Assembly: GCA_963795855.1 (NCBI GenBank)
Contig: CAWCIZ010000004.1
Location: 96,001-160,000 of the forward strand
From: Vulcanimicrobiota bacterium
GTDB taxonomy: Bacteria > Vulcanimicrobiota > Vulcanimicrobiia > Vulcanimicrobiales > Vulcanimicrobiaceae
DNA length: 64,000 nt
Direction: 5' to 3'
How positions within the stretch are numbered: the first letter of the stretch is position 1; each line of letters begins with the position of its first letter. The notes under the pieces were generated by a model that did not search any database, had not been told where the DNA came from, and saw nothing but the letters and a program-made list of their open reading frames with translations. The translations under genes were made by a program, and so were the position numbers. Shown piece after piece: positions 30,929-41,061 of the stretch.

Positions 30929-31553
30929 CGGCTCCGCCGAACGCCTGCGCATCGGCGTTCTCGCACTGCAGGGCGACGTCGCCGAGCACGCCGCGGCGCT
31001 GCATCGTGCGGGCGCTCGCGCTATTCCGGTAAAAAAACGCGCCGATCTCGACGGCGTCGACGGCCTCATCGTTCCCGGCGGCGAGTCTACGACCGTGATG
31101 AAATTACTCGATCGCTTTGCGCTTGCAGAGCCCATCGTGCGCCGCGTGCGCGCGGGAATGCCGCTTTGGGGCACGTGCATGGGCATGATCGTCATCGCAC
31201 GCGACGTCGTGGAACTCGCGCAGCCGTCGCTGGATTTGATCGACATATCGGTGAAGCGGAACGCTTTTGGACGGCAGAATGCGTCCGCCGAAGTCGATCT
31301 GCCCGTTGAATCGCTCGGCGATCCTGCGTTTCCGGCAGTCTTCATTCGCGCGCCGTGGATCGAGCGCGTCGGGCCGGGGGTCGAGCTGCTCGCGCAGCGC
31401 AACGGGCACGGCGTGATGGTGCGTCAGGGCAACGTTCTGGCCACGTCGTTTCATCCGGAGTTGACCGACGATCCTCGCGTGCACGCCTATTTTTTGCGAA
31501 TGGTGCGCGATTCGGACGAGAAGCACGTAGGGAAGCAGCGCAGCGTCGCGTAA
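30918..31553 (+). CDS. pdxT: PLP synthase glutaminase subunit
   Basis: GVLALQG, PGGESTT, GTC.G, RNAFGRQ, FIRAP, SFHPEL. Confidence 0.97.
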   Translation: MATDGSAERLRIGVLALQGDVAEHAAALHRAGARAIPVKKRADLDGVDGLIVPGGESTTVMKLLDRFALAEPIVRRVRAGMPLWGTCMGMIVIARDVVELAQPSLDLIDISVKRNAFGRQNASAEVDLPVESLGDPAFPAVFIRAPWIERVGPGVELLAQRNGHGVMVRQGNVLATSFHPELTDDPRVHAYFLRMVRDSDEKHVGKQRSVA

Positions 31554-31565
31554 GTCTTCAGCACT

Positions 31566-31856
31566 ATGAGTCCGCAGGCTCCCCCAGGGGAACCGCAAGC
31601 CGTCGAAGTGGACCAGATACCTCCGGTGGAGGCGCTGGTCACGGACGCGGTCGCCCGGCTCACGCTGGCCGCTCACGCCTACCTCGCCGGCGAGGAAGAC
31701 GAACAGGCGGATCTGCCCGCGGCCGAGATCGCGATCGACATCGCGAGCGCCGCTTACGAACGGGTGAAAGAAAGGCTGAGGCCGGCGGACCGGTTGGCAA
31801 TCACGCAATTGTTAACCGAAACGAGAATGACGTTTGTGCGAAAGCGAGGTTTGTGA
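31566..31856 (+). CDS. Small helical protein, DUF1844-like
   Basis: DL.AA..AID..L..LLTE.RM.FV pattern. Confidence 0.55.
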   Translation: MSPQAPPGEPQAVEVDQIPPVEALVTDAVARLTLAAHAYLAGEEDEQADLPAAEIAIDIASAAYERVKERLRPADRLAITQLLTETRMTFVRKRGL

Positions 31857-31917
31857 TGCCTCGTTTTCATTTTTATGAAAAAGGGGCGCCCCTGCGGCCC
31901 CGCCTGGAGGATGACGC

Positions 31918-32448
31918 TTGAGCGACGTTCTCGTCTTGAACTTCACCTACGAAGCGCTGAACATCACGAACTTTCAGCGCGCGGTGAAGCTCATCTTCGC
32001 CGGCAAGGCCGAGATCGTGCACGGGCGCGAGCGCGTCATCGCCTCGACGACGTTCGAAATGCGTATGCCCTCGATCATCCGCATGCTCTACTACATCAAG
32101 CGTCCGATGCAAAAAGTCGCTCTGACGAAGAAGAACATCCTCATTCGCGACGATCACATGTGTCAGTACTGCGGCTTGCGCGGGGACCGGTTCATGACCG
32201 TCGATCACGTGCTGCCCAAGAGCAAAGGCGGCCCTTCGACCTGGGAGAATCTGGTCTGCGCGTGCATGCGCTGCAACAATCGCAAGAACAACCGCACGCC
32301 GGACGATTGCAACATGAAGCTCAAGCGCAAACCGCGCCAACCGAAGTACATTCCGTGGATTCAGATCAAGCGGAACACGCTTCCGGACGAGTGGCACAAG
32401 TTTCTCTTCCTCTACAACGTATCTATCGAGGAGCGCGTCGAAACGTAA
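31918..32448 (+). CDS. HNH endonuclease (McrA-like, VLVLN..YE.L family)
   Basis: RDDHMCQYCG, TVDHVLPKSKGG..TWENLVCAC..CNNRK. Confidence 0.92.
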   Translation: MSDVLVLNFTYEALNITNFQRAVKLIFAGKAEIVHGRERVIASTTFEMRMPSIIRMLYYIKRPMQKVALTKKNILIRDDHMCQYCGLRGDRFMTVDHVLPKSKGGPSTWENLVCACMRCNNRKNNRTPDDCNMKLKRKPRQPKYIPWIQIKRNTLPDEWHKFLFLYNVSIEERVET

Positions 32449-32466
32449 GTCCTTGCTAGAGTCGTT

Positions 32467-33300
32467 TCACTTGCACTCGTTCACGGCCGAGAACACGCTC
32501 TGCGCCAGAGCCGACTCGGCCGTTCGCGTTTGCGCCTGATTCTGCGCGACCGAGACGTAAAAGCGGGCGAACGGATTGTGCGCCAGCTCCGACGCCTGCA
32601 CCGTTACGCCGGGTGATTCGCCTATGGGATCCGCGTGCGAACCTTGCCGCGCGCGCTCGGAGGCTCCGAGAACGTCCTGAAAAGACACCGGTTGATCGTC
32701 GTGGCTCACGCGCGCGCTGCCGCCGCCGTTTATCGCGCCGCTGGTGCCGTCTCCCCGCGCGATGAGCGCCTGTAATTCGTACGTATCGGCCAACCCGTAG
32801 ACTTGATTGAGGGCGCTGCGCTGCTGATCGGCGACGGCTTGCAACTGCGTCTTGAGCGCTGCTGCCTGCCGATCTTGCGCGGTTTTTACATCGGCCGGGA
32901 AGCGCGAGGGGTCTTGCAGCAGATTGTCGATGATTTCGAGGTTGTGCTGCACCTCCGCCGAGAGCTGCATCAAGTGTTGAGCATCGAACTGCAGGGCGGG
33001 GTTCTGGTCGTACTCGCCGGAAAAGGCGGCTGCGGTGTTTCCCCACATTGCCTGTTGCTGCGAGCCGCGCACGCCGCTGAACTTTTGAAACTTCGTGAAG
33101 TCCTTGCCCATCTCCAGGAGCGCGTCCGCGGCATTGCCCACCAACTTGTCGTTGATTCGCAGCCCTTGAATAGTGAGAAAGACGTTCGACTTGAGCGTCG
33201 TGCAAAGAGGAGAAACGCGCTCTCGCACGATCGTTTTCAAAGGCGACGGCGATGGCGAAGGCACGGTGCTCATCGCAGCGGCAAAGACAAGCGCCAACAT
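32467..33300 (-). CDS. Hypothetical secreted alpha-helical protein
   Basis: Signal-like N-terminus, SPSPSPLKTI..SPLC, terminal Cys. Confidence 0.7.
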   Translation of the reverse strand: MLALVFAAAMSTVPSPSPSPLKTIVRERVSPLCTTLKSNVFLTIQGLRINDKLVGNAADALLEMGKDFTKFQKFSGVRGSQQQAMWGNTAAAFSGEYDQNPALQFDAQHLMQLSAEVQHNLEIIDNLLQDPSRFPADVKTAQDRQAAALKTQLQAVADQQRSALNQVYGLADTYELQALIARGDGTSGAINGGGSARVSHDDQPVSFQDVLGASERARQGSHADPIGESPGVTVQASELAHNPFARFYVSVAQNQAQTRTAESALAQSVFSAVNECK

Positions 33301-33388
33301 GCGACCTCTCTTTCGCTGTGGCAACGCACGCATTCGCTCGGTTGTGACACGCCAGGGCCTGTGTGCCCGAGCGCCAAGTTCTAGGCGC

Positions 33389-34612
33389 GTGCCCCGATCC
33401 GTCACGGGCGGCCTTTGGCTGCCATTCACGCAAATGGATGCCTTCGATTTTTCCCAGCGAACGTTCGTGCGCGGCGACGGGAACTACCTGATCGACGCGC
33501 GCGGCCGGCGCGTTTTTGACGCCGTGAGTTCGATTTGGACCACCGTGCACGGCCACTGCCATCCGCACATCGCGCAAGCGATTGCGCGGCAAGCCGCGAC
33601 GCTCGACCACGCGACCCTGCTGGGAGCGAGCAACCCGCTCGCGGAGGAACTCGCGCGGCGGCTGGGGGCGCTTTTGAATTTGGACCGCGTCTTTTTTTCG
33701 TGCGACGGCGCCAGCGCCGTGGAGGCCGCGTTGAAAATGTCGCTGCAGTATTGGCGCAGCGCCGGACAACCCCAGCGCACGCGCTTCGTGCACCTCGTCG
33801 ATTCGTATCATGGCGATACCGCTGCAGCCATGAGCGTTTCGGATATCGCGCAGTTCAAGACGCGCTTCGCGCCGCTGACGTTCGAGACGCACGCGTACGA
33901 CGGCGACGTTTCGGTGCTTCACGCCGGCGATGTCGCAGCAGTCATCGTCGAGCCGATCGTGCAGGCCGCGGCGGGGATGCGCATCGTGGATGCGGCCCGC
34001 TACGAAGCGCTCGGGCAGATAGAGCCGCTGCTCATCGTCGACGAGATTGCCACGGGTTTCGGGCGCACTGGGACGATGTTTGCGCACGAGCAACTCGATC
34101 TTCGGCCGGATATCGTGTGCGTCGGAAAAGGCGTCACCGGCGGCGCGTTGCCGTTGTCGGCAACCGTCGTGCGCGAACGCGTATACGATGCGTTTCGAGG
34201 GACGCCCGGCGAGATGCGGCAGTTCTTTCACGGTCACTCCTACGCGGGGAACCCTATCGCGTGTGCTGCGGCGCTGGCGAGCCTCGAACTTTTCGACCGC
34301 GAAACGACCCTTGCGAACGTCGTGGACTTGTCTGCCGCGGCGCAACCCGACCTGGCGCGCCTGCGCTCGCTGCGTGCGGTCCGGGAAACGCGCGAAGCCG
34401 GCCTGATGATCGGAATCGAACTCGACGCTTCGCGCTTGGCGGCCCATTCGGCACAGACACCCGCTTGGCGCGTCGCGAACGCACTGTACGAGCGCGGCCA
34501 CTTCACGCGTCCAATCGGCGACGTCATACAATTCGTTCCGCCGCTTTCGAGCACGCCCGAGCAACTGCACGTTTTCTTCGGAGATCTCGGTGAGTTACTT
34601 GCAGCGGGTTGA
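33389..34612 (+). CDS. bioA: DAPA aminotransferase
   Basis: WLPFTQM, SSIWTTVHGH, AVEAALKM, YHGDT, DEIATGFGRTG, FFHGHSYAGNP. Confidence 0.95.
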   Translation: MPRSVTGGLWLPFTQMDAFDFSQRTFVRGDGNYLIDARGRRVFDAVSSIWTTVHGHCHPHIAQAIARQAATLDHATLLGASNPLAEELARRLGALLNLDRVFFSCDGASAVEAALKMSLQYWRSAGQPQRTRFVHLVDSYHGDTAAAMSVSDIAQFKTRFAPLTFETHAYDGDVSVLHAGDVAAVIVEPIVQAAAGMRIVDAARYEALGQIEPLLIVDEIATGFGRTGTMFAHEQLDLRPDIVCVGKGVTGGALPLSATVVRERVYDAFRGTPGEMRQFFHGHSYAGNPIACAAALASLELFDRETTLANVVDLSAAAQPDLARLRSLRAVRETREAGLMIGIELDASRLAAHSAQTPAWRVANALYERGHFTRPIGDVIQFVPPLSSTPEQLHVFFGDLGELLAAG

Positions 34613-35690
34613 AGCGGCGCTTGCGGCCGTGCGCGCCGCCGATCGGTATCGGACGATATCCGTTGATGAACGCACGTACGCAGCCGACTTTTCAAGCAAC
34701 GATTATTTGGCGCTCGCAGCCGATTCGCGCATGGTCGAGGCGATGCGCCACGTCAAGCGCGTCGGCGCGGGCGGAGCGCGCTTGCTGGGCGGACGTCATC
34801 GCGAACACGCGCTGCTGGAAACGGATATCGCGCGCTGGCTCGGCCGCGAACGAGCACTATTGTTCTCGTCCGGATATATGGCGGCGCTCGGCGCGATCCC
34901 GGTCTTGGCGGCATTCTGCGAAACGATCTATTCCGACGAGCTGAACCACGCGTCTCTCATCGACGCGATGCGGATATCCAAGATGCCACGCGAGATCTTC
35001 CCACACCGGCGCGCTCCGTCGAAGGCGGATCGGCGCCACCCCGCACTCGTCGTGACCGAATCGCTTTTCGGCATGGAAGGCGATAGAGCCGGCATTCCCG
35101 CGCTTCTCGCGCAGCTTCACGACGACGACATTCTGCTCGTAGACGAAGCGCATGCCATCGGACTTTTCGGCCCGCAAGGCGCGGGCCTCGCTTACGGCAT
35201 CGACGATCCGCGCATCGTCGTGCTCGGCACGCTGAGCAAAGCGCTCGGCGCGGCGGGCGGGTTCATAGCGGGCCCGGCGCCGCTCGTCGAGCTGCTGATC
35301 AATGCCGCGCGGACGTTCATCTTCGACACGGCGCCGCCCCCGGCCATCGCGTTTGCGGCGCGCGTCGGCATCATGCTCGCGAGAAATGCGGACGATCGGC
35401 GCGCGCGGCTTTTCGCGCGATCTGCGCGTTTGCGCTCCGGGCTGCGCGATTTGGGATTTCCGGCGCCGGATGAAGATACGCCCGTTGTTCCGATTGTCGT
35501 CGGAGATGAACAACGCGCGCTCGATCTGATGCAACGGTGCGCGGAGCAAGGAATCTGCGCACCGGCGATTCGCCCTCCGACGGTGCCGCCGGGAACGTCC
35601 CGGCTTCGCGTGTCGGTGCGATCCGATCATACGGACGAGCAGATTACGTTGTTGCTGGAGCAGTTGGCATGCGGCACCGTTACCTCGTAA
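34590..35690 (+). CDS. bioF: 8-amino-7-oxononanoate synthase
   Basis: FSSNDYL.L, FSSGY.A, NHASLID, DEAHA, TLSKALG, IRPPTVP. Confidence 0.95.
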   Translation: MSYLQRVEAALAAVRAADRYRTISVDERTYAADFSSNDYLALAADSRMVEAMRHVKRVGAGGARLLGGRHREHALLETDIARWLGRERALLFSSGYMAALGAIPVLAAFCETIYSDELNHASLIDAMRISKMPREIFPHRRAPSKADRRHPALVVTESLFGMEGDRAGIPALLAQLHDDDILLVDEAHAIGLFGPQGAGLAYGIDDPRIVVLGTLSKALGAAGGFIAGPAPLVELLINAARTFIFDTAPPPAIAFAARVGIMLARNADDRRARLFARSARLRSGLRDLGFPAPDEDTPVVPIVVGDEQRALDLMQRCAEQGICAPAIRPPTVPPGTSRLRVSVRSDHTDEQITLLLEQLACGTVTS

Positions 35691-36316
35691 CCGGCACCGA
35701 CACCGACGTCGGCAAGACGCGCGTGACCGCTGCGCTCGCTGCGGCGTTGCGCGTTGCGGGCGAGGCGCCGACGATTGTGAAACTCGTACAAACTGGTTTG
35801 GATGCGCGGGTGCCGGGCGATGCGGCGCGTGCCGGCGGGCTTTCCGGTTGCAGACATGTGGAGCTCGCGCGATTCCGTAAGCCCGCCGACCCGTGGTCCG
35901 CCGCGTTGGCCGAAGGGATGCCGACGGTTCATGCGGAGGACTTGGCGCACGTGATCGACGGCATCGCGGGAGCGGTCGTCGCGGAAGGCGCGGGCGGTCT
36001 GGCCGTTCCGCTGAATCGCCTGCAGAATTTTGCGACGCTTGCCGTTCTCGCCAAACTGGAAATCGTCGTCGTCGTCGGCTTGCGACTGGGATGCATGAAT
36101 CACGCGTTGCTCACGCTGGGGCTGTGCGATCAGATGCATCTGCGCGTTGCCGGCGGCGTGCTCGTGGACCGGTGGGAGCGCTCGGAGCCTTCGTACGTGG
36201 CGGACGTTCGTCGAGCGTTGCAGGGAAAAGTCGAGATTCTTGGCATTCTGCCGTTTGACCCTGACGAGGCGGCCGCCGTCGAGCAGGGCGCGCAGATGTT
36301 CGTACCGCTACTCTAG
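35669..36316 (+). CDS. bioD: Dethiobiotin synthase
   Basis: TGTDTDVGKT, EGAGGL.VPL, LGCMNHALLT. Confidence 0.95.
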   Translation: MRHRYLVTGTDTDVGKTRVTAALAAALRVAGEAPTIVKLVQTGLDARVPGDAARAGGLSGCRHVELARFRKPADPWSAALAEGMPTVHAEDLAHVIDGIAGAVVAEGAGGLAVPLNRLQNFATLAVLAKLEIVVVVGLRLGCMNHALLTLGLCDQMHLRVAGGVLVDRWERSEPSYVADVRRALQGKVEILGILPFDPDEAAAVEQGAQMFVPLL

Positions 36317-36332
36317 AGGAAGCACGACCGAG

Positions 36333-37316
36333 TTGATCCATCCTACGATCGAACGCGCGCGCGAACGTGCGTTGTGCGAGCGTGCCGCCGCGGATCGCGA
36401 GCTGCTTGCCGACCTCGCCGAACTTTCACAAGAACACGTGCCGGAACTGCTCGCGCTCGCCGATCGCGTGCGCGCCGCGTATTGCGGCGACTCCGTTGCG
36501 GTCGAGGTACTGTATAACGCCAAGAAAGGCGGCTGCTCGGAGGACTGCAACTTTTGTTCGCAGAGTGCCCGCTTCGCTACGGGCGTCGAACCGGAACCGC
36601 TCGGCTCCGTCGAGGGCTTCGTGGACGCGGCGCGCGATGCGCACGAACGAGGCGCGGCCGAACTCTGCATCGTCGTAGCGGTGCGCGGGCCTTCGGCCGG
36701 ATTGCTGGAGCGCGTCTGCAGCGCCGTGCCGATCATCAAAGACCGCTATCCGCTCAGGGTTGCCGTTTCGCTGGGAATCTTGCGCGAAGAGCACCTTGTG
36801 AAGCTCGCCGCTGCGGGCGTTGATAAGGTCAACCACAATTTGGAGACGTCGCGCCGGTACTTTCCGTCGGTGTGCACGACGCATACGTACGACGAACGCG
36901 AGCAAACCTGCCGGCTGGTCAAGTCTTCCGGTATGGAACTGTGCTGCGGCGGAATCATCGGCATGGGCGAGACCGTTCAGGATCGCATCGATTTTTTGAT
37001 TGCGCTCCAGGAGTTGCAGCCCGAGGAAGTGCCCGTCAACTTTCTCAACCCGCGCCCCGGCACGCCGTTCGGGGATCGTTCGTTAGTGGAGCCAACGGAG
37101 GCGTTGCGATTCGTGGCCATGGCGCGTTTGGCACTCCCGTCCGCGCTGATTCGTTTCGCCGGCGGCCGCGAGGTGACGCTGCAAGGCTTACAGGATCTCG
37201 GCATGCGCAGCGGCGCCAGCGGCCTGGTTCTCGGCAATTACCTCACGACTTCGGGACGCCAAGATCGCGACGACTTCGAGATGCTGGATCGGCTCGGATT
37301 CGAAGTCCTCGCTTGA
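36333..37316 (+). CDS. bioB: Biotin synthase
   Basis: CSEDCNFCSQS radical SAM motif, NHNLETS, GGIIGMGET, VPVNFLNP, GNYLTT. Confidence 0.96.
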   Translation: MIHPTIERARERALCERAAADRELLADLAELSQEHVPELLALADRVRAAYCGDSVAVEVLYNAKKGGCSEDCNFCSQSARFATGVEPEPLGSVEGFVDAARDAHERGAAELCIVVAVRGPSAGLLERVCSAVPIIKDRYPLRVAVSLGILREEHLVKLAAAGVDKVNHNLETSRRYFPSVCTTHTYDEREQTCRLVKSSGMELCCGGIIGMGETVQDRIDFLIALQELQPEEVPVNFLNPRPGTPFGDRSLVEPTEALRFVAMARLALPSALIRFAGGREVTLQGLQDLGMRSGASGLVLGNYLTTSGRQDRDDFEMLDRLGFEVLA

Positions 37317-37326
37317 CGTAACGCGC

Positions 37327-38817
37327 GTGGACCAGTCGAAGACGCCATACTTTCAAGCACTGCTCGAGTACGTCGATTCGGGCGTCATTCCGTTTCACAC
37401 GCCGGGTCATGTACAGGGCATCGGAATGGATCGCGCGTTCCGCGAATTCGTCGGAGACAACATCTGCGCGATCGATCTCACGCCGATGCCCGGAATCGAC
37501 GACTTGCTGCAGCCCGCCGAATCGTTGCTGGAAGCGCAGCAACTGGCCGCGGAAGCGTACGGCGCCGACCGTTCGTATTTTCTGATCAACGGCTCGACCA
37601 GCGGCAATCAGTGCATGATGATGACCGCCGTAAATCCCGGCGACAAGATCGCCGTACCGCGGAATTCGCACAAGTCCATGCTTGGCGGTCTGGTGATGAG
37701 CGGCGCGGAACCCGTGTACATGCAGCCCGTCGTGGACGAAGCGCTGCACATGGATCACTGCGTCACGCCGGAAACGGTCGCTCAGACGATCGTCGAGCAT
37801 CCGGACGTCACAGCCGTGTACATCGTGAGCCCGACGTATTACGGCGTCGCGGCGGACCTCGAATCGATCGTCAAGATCGTCCACGACGCCGGCAAACTGC
37901 TGCTCGTCGACGAGGCATGGGGCCCGCACTTCCATTTCCACCCCGCGCTGCCTATGTCGGCCACCGCGGCCGGCGCGGATCTGTGCATCAATTCGACGCA
38001 CAAAATGCTTTCCGCGTTCTCACAATGCGCGATGCTGCACCAGATCGGTCCTCGGGTACGCGTCGACCGGCTCGAAGCGGTTTTGAAAATGTTTCTTTCG
38101 ACCTCGCCGAATCTGCCGATGGTCGCATCGCTGGACGTGGCGCGCAAGCAAATGGCCGTGGAGGGCGCCGCGCTGCTCTCCAAGACCATCGCGCTGGCCG
38201 AAGAAACGCGCCGCCGCCTGAACGCGATCGAAGGCGTGTATTGTTTCGGCGAAGAGCTGCAAGCGCAGCCGGGCGTCTTCGATCTGGACCCGACCAAAGT
38301 GTCGGTGACGGTGAAAGATCTGGGCTACACGGGTTACGAAGCTTCGGAAATTCTGCGCCGCCGCTACAACGTGCAGGTCGAATTGGCCGACCTCTTCAAC
38401 GTCGTCGCGCTCTTCACGATCGGCACGACGCAGGCTGCGGCGGATCGGCTTGTGGAGGGCGTCATGGAACTCGCGCGCGAGGACCGCCCGATCGACATCT
38501 TCTCTCCGTCAGGCGTCCTCAAGCGCCGGATGAAGACCGGCACGTACAAGCTCCCGAAGATCCCGCCGATGCGCATGCTTCCGCGGGAGGCGTTTCTAGC
38601 GCAGACCGAATTCGTTACGTTCAAGAGCAGCAAAGGCCGCATTTGCGCGGAAACGATCTCGCCCTACCCGCCGGGCATCCCCGTCATTTCGCCCGGCGAA
38701 CAAATCACCGAGGAGATCATCGACTATCTTTCGCTCGAACTGAAGGCCGGTGTGCGCATGCAAGGGCCGTTCGACAAAGAGCTCAAGAAGATTCGCGTCG
38801 TCAAGGGCTTACAATAG
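37327..38817 (+). CDS. Orn/Lys/Arg decarboxylase (YaaO/SpeA-like)
   Basis: FHTPGH, FLINGSTSG, PRNSHKS, DEAWG.HF, STHK, PYPPGIP. Confidence 0.92.
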   Translation: MDQSKTPYFQALLEYVDSGVIPFHTPGHVQGIGMDRAFREFVGDNICAIDLTPMPGIDDLLQPAESLLEAQQLAAEAYGADRSYFLINGSTSGNQCMMMTAVNPGDKIAVPRNSHKSMLGGLVMSGAEPVYMQPVVDEALHMDHCVTPETVAQTIVEHPDVTAVYIVSPTYYGVAADLESIVKIVHDAGKLLLVDEAWGPHFHFHPALPMSATAAGADLCINSTHKMLSAFSQCAMLHQIGPRVRVDRLEAVLKMFLSTSPNLPMVASLDVARKQMAVEGAALLSKTIALAEETRRRLNAIEGVYCFGEELQAQPGVFDLDPTKVSVTVKDLGYTGYEASEILRRRYNVQVELADLFNVVALFTIGTTQAAADRLVEGVMELAREDRPIDIFSPSGVLKRRMKTGTYKLPKIPPMRMLPREAFLAQTEFVTFKSSKGRICAETISPYPPGIPVISPGEQITEEIIDYLSLELKAGVRMQGPFDKELKKIRVVKGLQ

Positions 38818-38877
38818 GAGGGCGATTGCCCGATAATGGGAAAAAGGCTCAAAACGCTCTAGAAGCGAGGGTCAGTA

Positions 38878-40425
38878 TTGGCGGTTAAAGCCGAGTCGTT
38901 CGCTCCCAATTGGGAACTCACACAACTCCTCGATATCTTTCCGCTCCCCATCCGGCAGTCGCTCGTTCGCCTTTCCAACCTCGACGCGATGATCGAGGTA
39001 GTTTTGGATTTGGGACGACCGCCCGAGGCGCGCTTCGAAAACGATTTCGTGTATCTTTCCGAGACGGCCGTTACGCCGGAAGATATCGCGCACGTCTGCT
39101 CGCGTTTGTCGACGTTCGGTGCGGACAACCGCGCCGGCATCGAACAAACGCTGCACCGCATCAGCGCGATTCGCAATCGCACCGGAAAGATCGTCGGCCT
39201 CACGTGCCGCGTCGGACGCGCAGTGTACGGAACGATCGACATTCTGCTCGACATTTTGCGCAGCGGAAAATCGATTTGTCTGCTCGGGCGCCCGGGTGTC
39301 GGAAAAACGACGATGCTCCGAGAGTGCGCGCGCGTGCTTTCCGAAGATCGCAAACGCGTGGTCATCGTCGACACGTCGAACGAGATCGCCGGCGATTCCG
39401 ATATTCCGCATCCCGGCATAGGAACGGCGCGCCGCATGCAGGTCGCGGATCCGGCGCTGCAGCACTCGGTGATGATCGAGGCGGTCGAAAATCATATGCC
39501 GCAGGTCGTCGTCATCGACGAAATCGGCACGGAAGCCGAGGCCGGCGCGGCGCGGACCATCGCGGAGCGCGGCGTCGCACTCATCGGGACGGCGCACGGG
39601 CAAACGCTCGAGAATCTGCTGATGAACCCCACGCTTTCGGACCTCGTCGGCGGGATCAGCGCCGTCACGCTTTCCGATGAAGAAGCGCGCCGCCGCGGAA
39701 CGCGCAAGACCGTCCTCGAGCGCAAAGCGCCGCCGACGTTCGACGTCGTCGTGGAAATTCACGACCGCGACACGATGGCGATCCACAAGAACGTCGCGGA
39801 CGTCGTCGACGCACTCCTGCGCGGTTATCAACCGCAGCCGGAAGTACGCAAACGCACCGCCGGCGGACAGGTGCGGATCGTTCAGGAAGCCGACACCGAG
39901 TCGATGCCGCAGCTCGCCGCGTCCTCCGCGTATCACGACGAAGAACGGGAACGTGAGGACCGCGACAAGCCGCTGCTCATTTTCCCGTACGGCGTTTCCC
40001 GCAACAAAATCGAACGCGCGGTGCACAATCTGCGCGTCAACGCCTCGATCGCGCGCAACTGGGACGACGCGGACGTGGTTCTCACGCTCAAGACGCTCGA
40101 ACGCAAAGAACAGCCGAAGCTCAAACAGATCGCTTCGGAAAACATTCCGATTTACAGCATCAAAACGAATACGACCACGCAGATTCAAGGGTGCCTCAAA
40201 GACGTGTTCAATCTGCCGTCGATCGACACGGAAGAAATCGCGCTGCGTGAGGCGGAAGAAGCGGTCTATCAAGTCCTGCTGGACAGCAAAGCCATCGAAC
40301 TTTCTCCGCAAACGTCGTACGTGCGCCGTATGCAGCACCAACTCGCGGAAAAGTACCGGCTGCAGTCTCGCAGCACGGGACTCGAACCGAACCGGCGAGT
40401 GCGCATCTTCAAAACCGAAGCGTAA
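38878..40425 (+). CDS. SpoIIIAA/Ycf45-like ATPase with C-terminal R3H domain
   Basis: LDLGRPPEAR, GRPGVGKTT, DTSNEIAGD, IDEIG, RRMQHQL..S.STG.EPNRRV. Confidence 0.9.
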   Translation: MAVKAESFAPNWELTQLLDIFPLPIRQSLVRLSNLDAMIEVVLDLGRPPEARFENDFVYLSETAVTPEDIAHVCSRLSTFGADNRAGIEQTLHRISAIRNRTGKIVGLTCRVGRAVYGTIDILLDILRSGKSICLLGRPGVGKTTMLRECARVLSEDRKRVVIVDTSNEIAGDSDIPHPGIGTARRMQVADPALQHSVMIEAVENHMPQVVVIDEIGTEAEAGAARTIAERGVALIGTAHGQTLENLLMNPTLSDLVGGISAVTLSDEEARRRGTRKTVLERKAPPTFDVVVEIHDRDTMAIHKNVADVVDALLRGYQPQPEVRKRTAGGQVRIVQEADTESMPQLAASSAYHDEEREREDRDKPLLIFPYGVSRNKIERAVHNLRVNASIARNWDDADVVLTLKTLERKEQPKLKQIASENIPIYSIKTNTTTQIQGCLKDVFNLPSIDTEEIALREAEEAVYQVLLDSKAIELSPQTSYVRRMQHQLAEKYRLQSRSTGLEPNRRVRIFKTEA

Positions 40426-40448
40426 TCGAGGTCCGTGTCGAAGCACGG

Positions 40449-41061
40449 TTGGTGTTCATTTCTTTCGAAGGCATCGAAGGCAGCGGCAAGTCCACGGTCA
40501 TGACGGCGGTCGAGCGCGCGCTGCTCGCCGACGGTCACGAGGTCGTTCTCGCCCGCGAGCCCGGCGGTACGCCGGCGGGCGATGCGGTGCGCGCGATCTT
40601 TTTGCAGCCGGGCATCGCGCTGAATCCCGAGACGGAGATGCTGCTGATCAATTCGTCGCGCGCGCAGACTCGTGGGCGACGTCGTTCGACCGGCCCTTCG
40701 GCGCGGCGCGGTCGTGCTGTGCGACCGGTACGTGCATTCGACGCTCGCGTATCAGGGTTACGGCCGCGGACTCCCGCTCGATCTCGTGCGGTCGGTGTGC
40801 GATGCTGCGACCGGCGGCCTCATGCCCGAACTCACGCTGCTCGTCGACGTTTCGTACGAAACCTCGCGCGCTCGTCTTGCGGCGCGCGGCGACGGCCACG
40901 ACCGCGTCGAGCAGGAAGAAGAAGCGTTTCACCGCCGCGTGCGCGACGGCTACTTGGAGCTCGCCCGGCGCGACGAACGTTTCGTGCGCATCGACGGCGA
41001 GCGTGCGCCGGAACAGGTTGCCGATGCCGCATTAGCGGCGCTATCGGCCGTCATCGCATGA
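40449..41061 (+). CDS. tmk: Thymidylate kinase (frameshift near 40670)
   Basis: FISFEGIEGSGKST, REPGGT, then LCDRY..STLAYQG.GRG. Confidence 0.93.

Noticed and set aside
31918..32448. IscB/HEARO-like RNA-guided or mobile HNH nuclease
   Set aside because: 176 aa, no RuvC motifs, no room for an associated ncRNA; matches the common chromosomal HNH family
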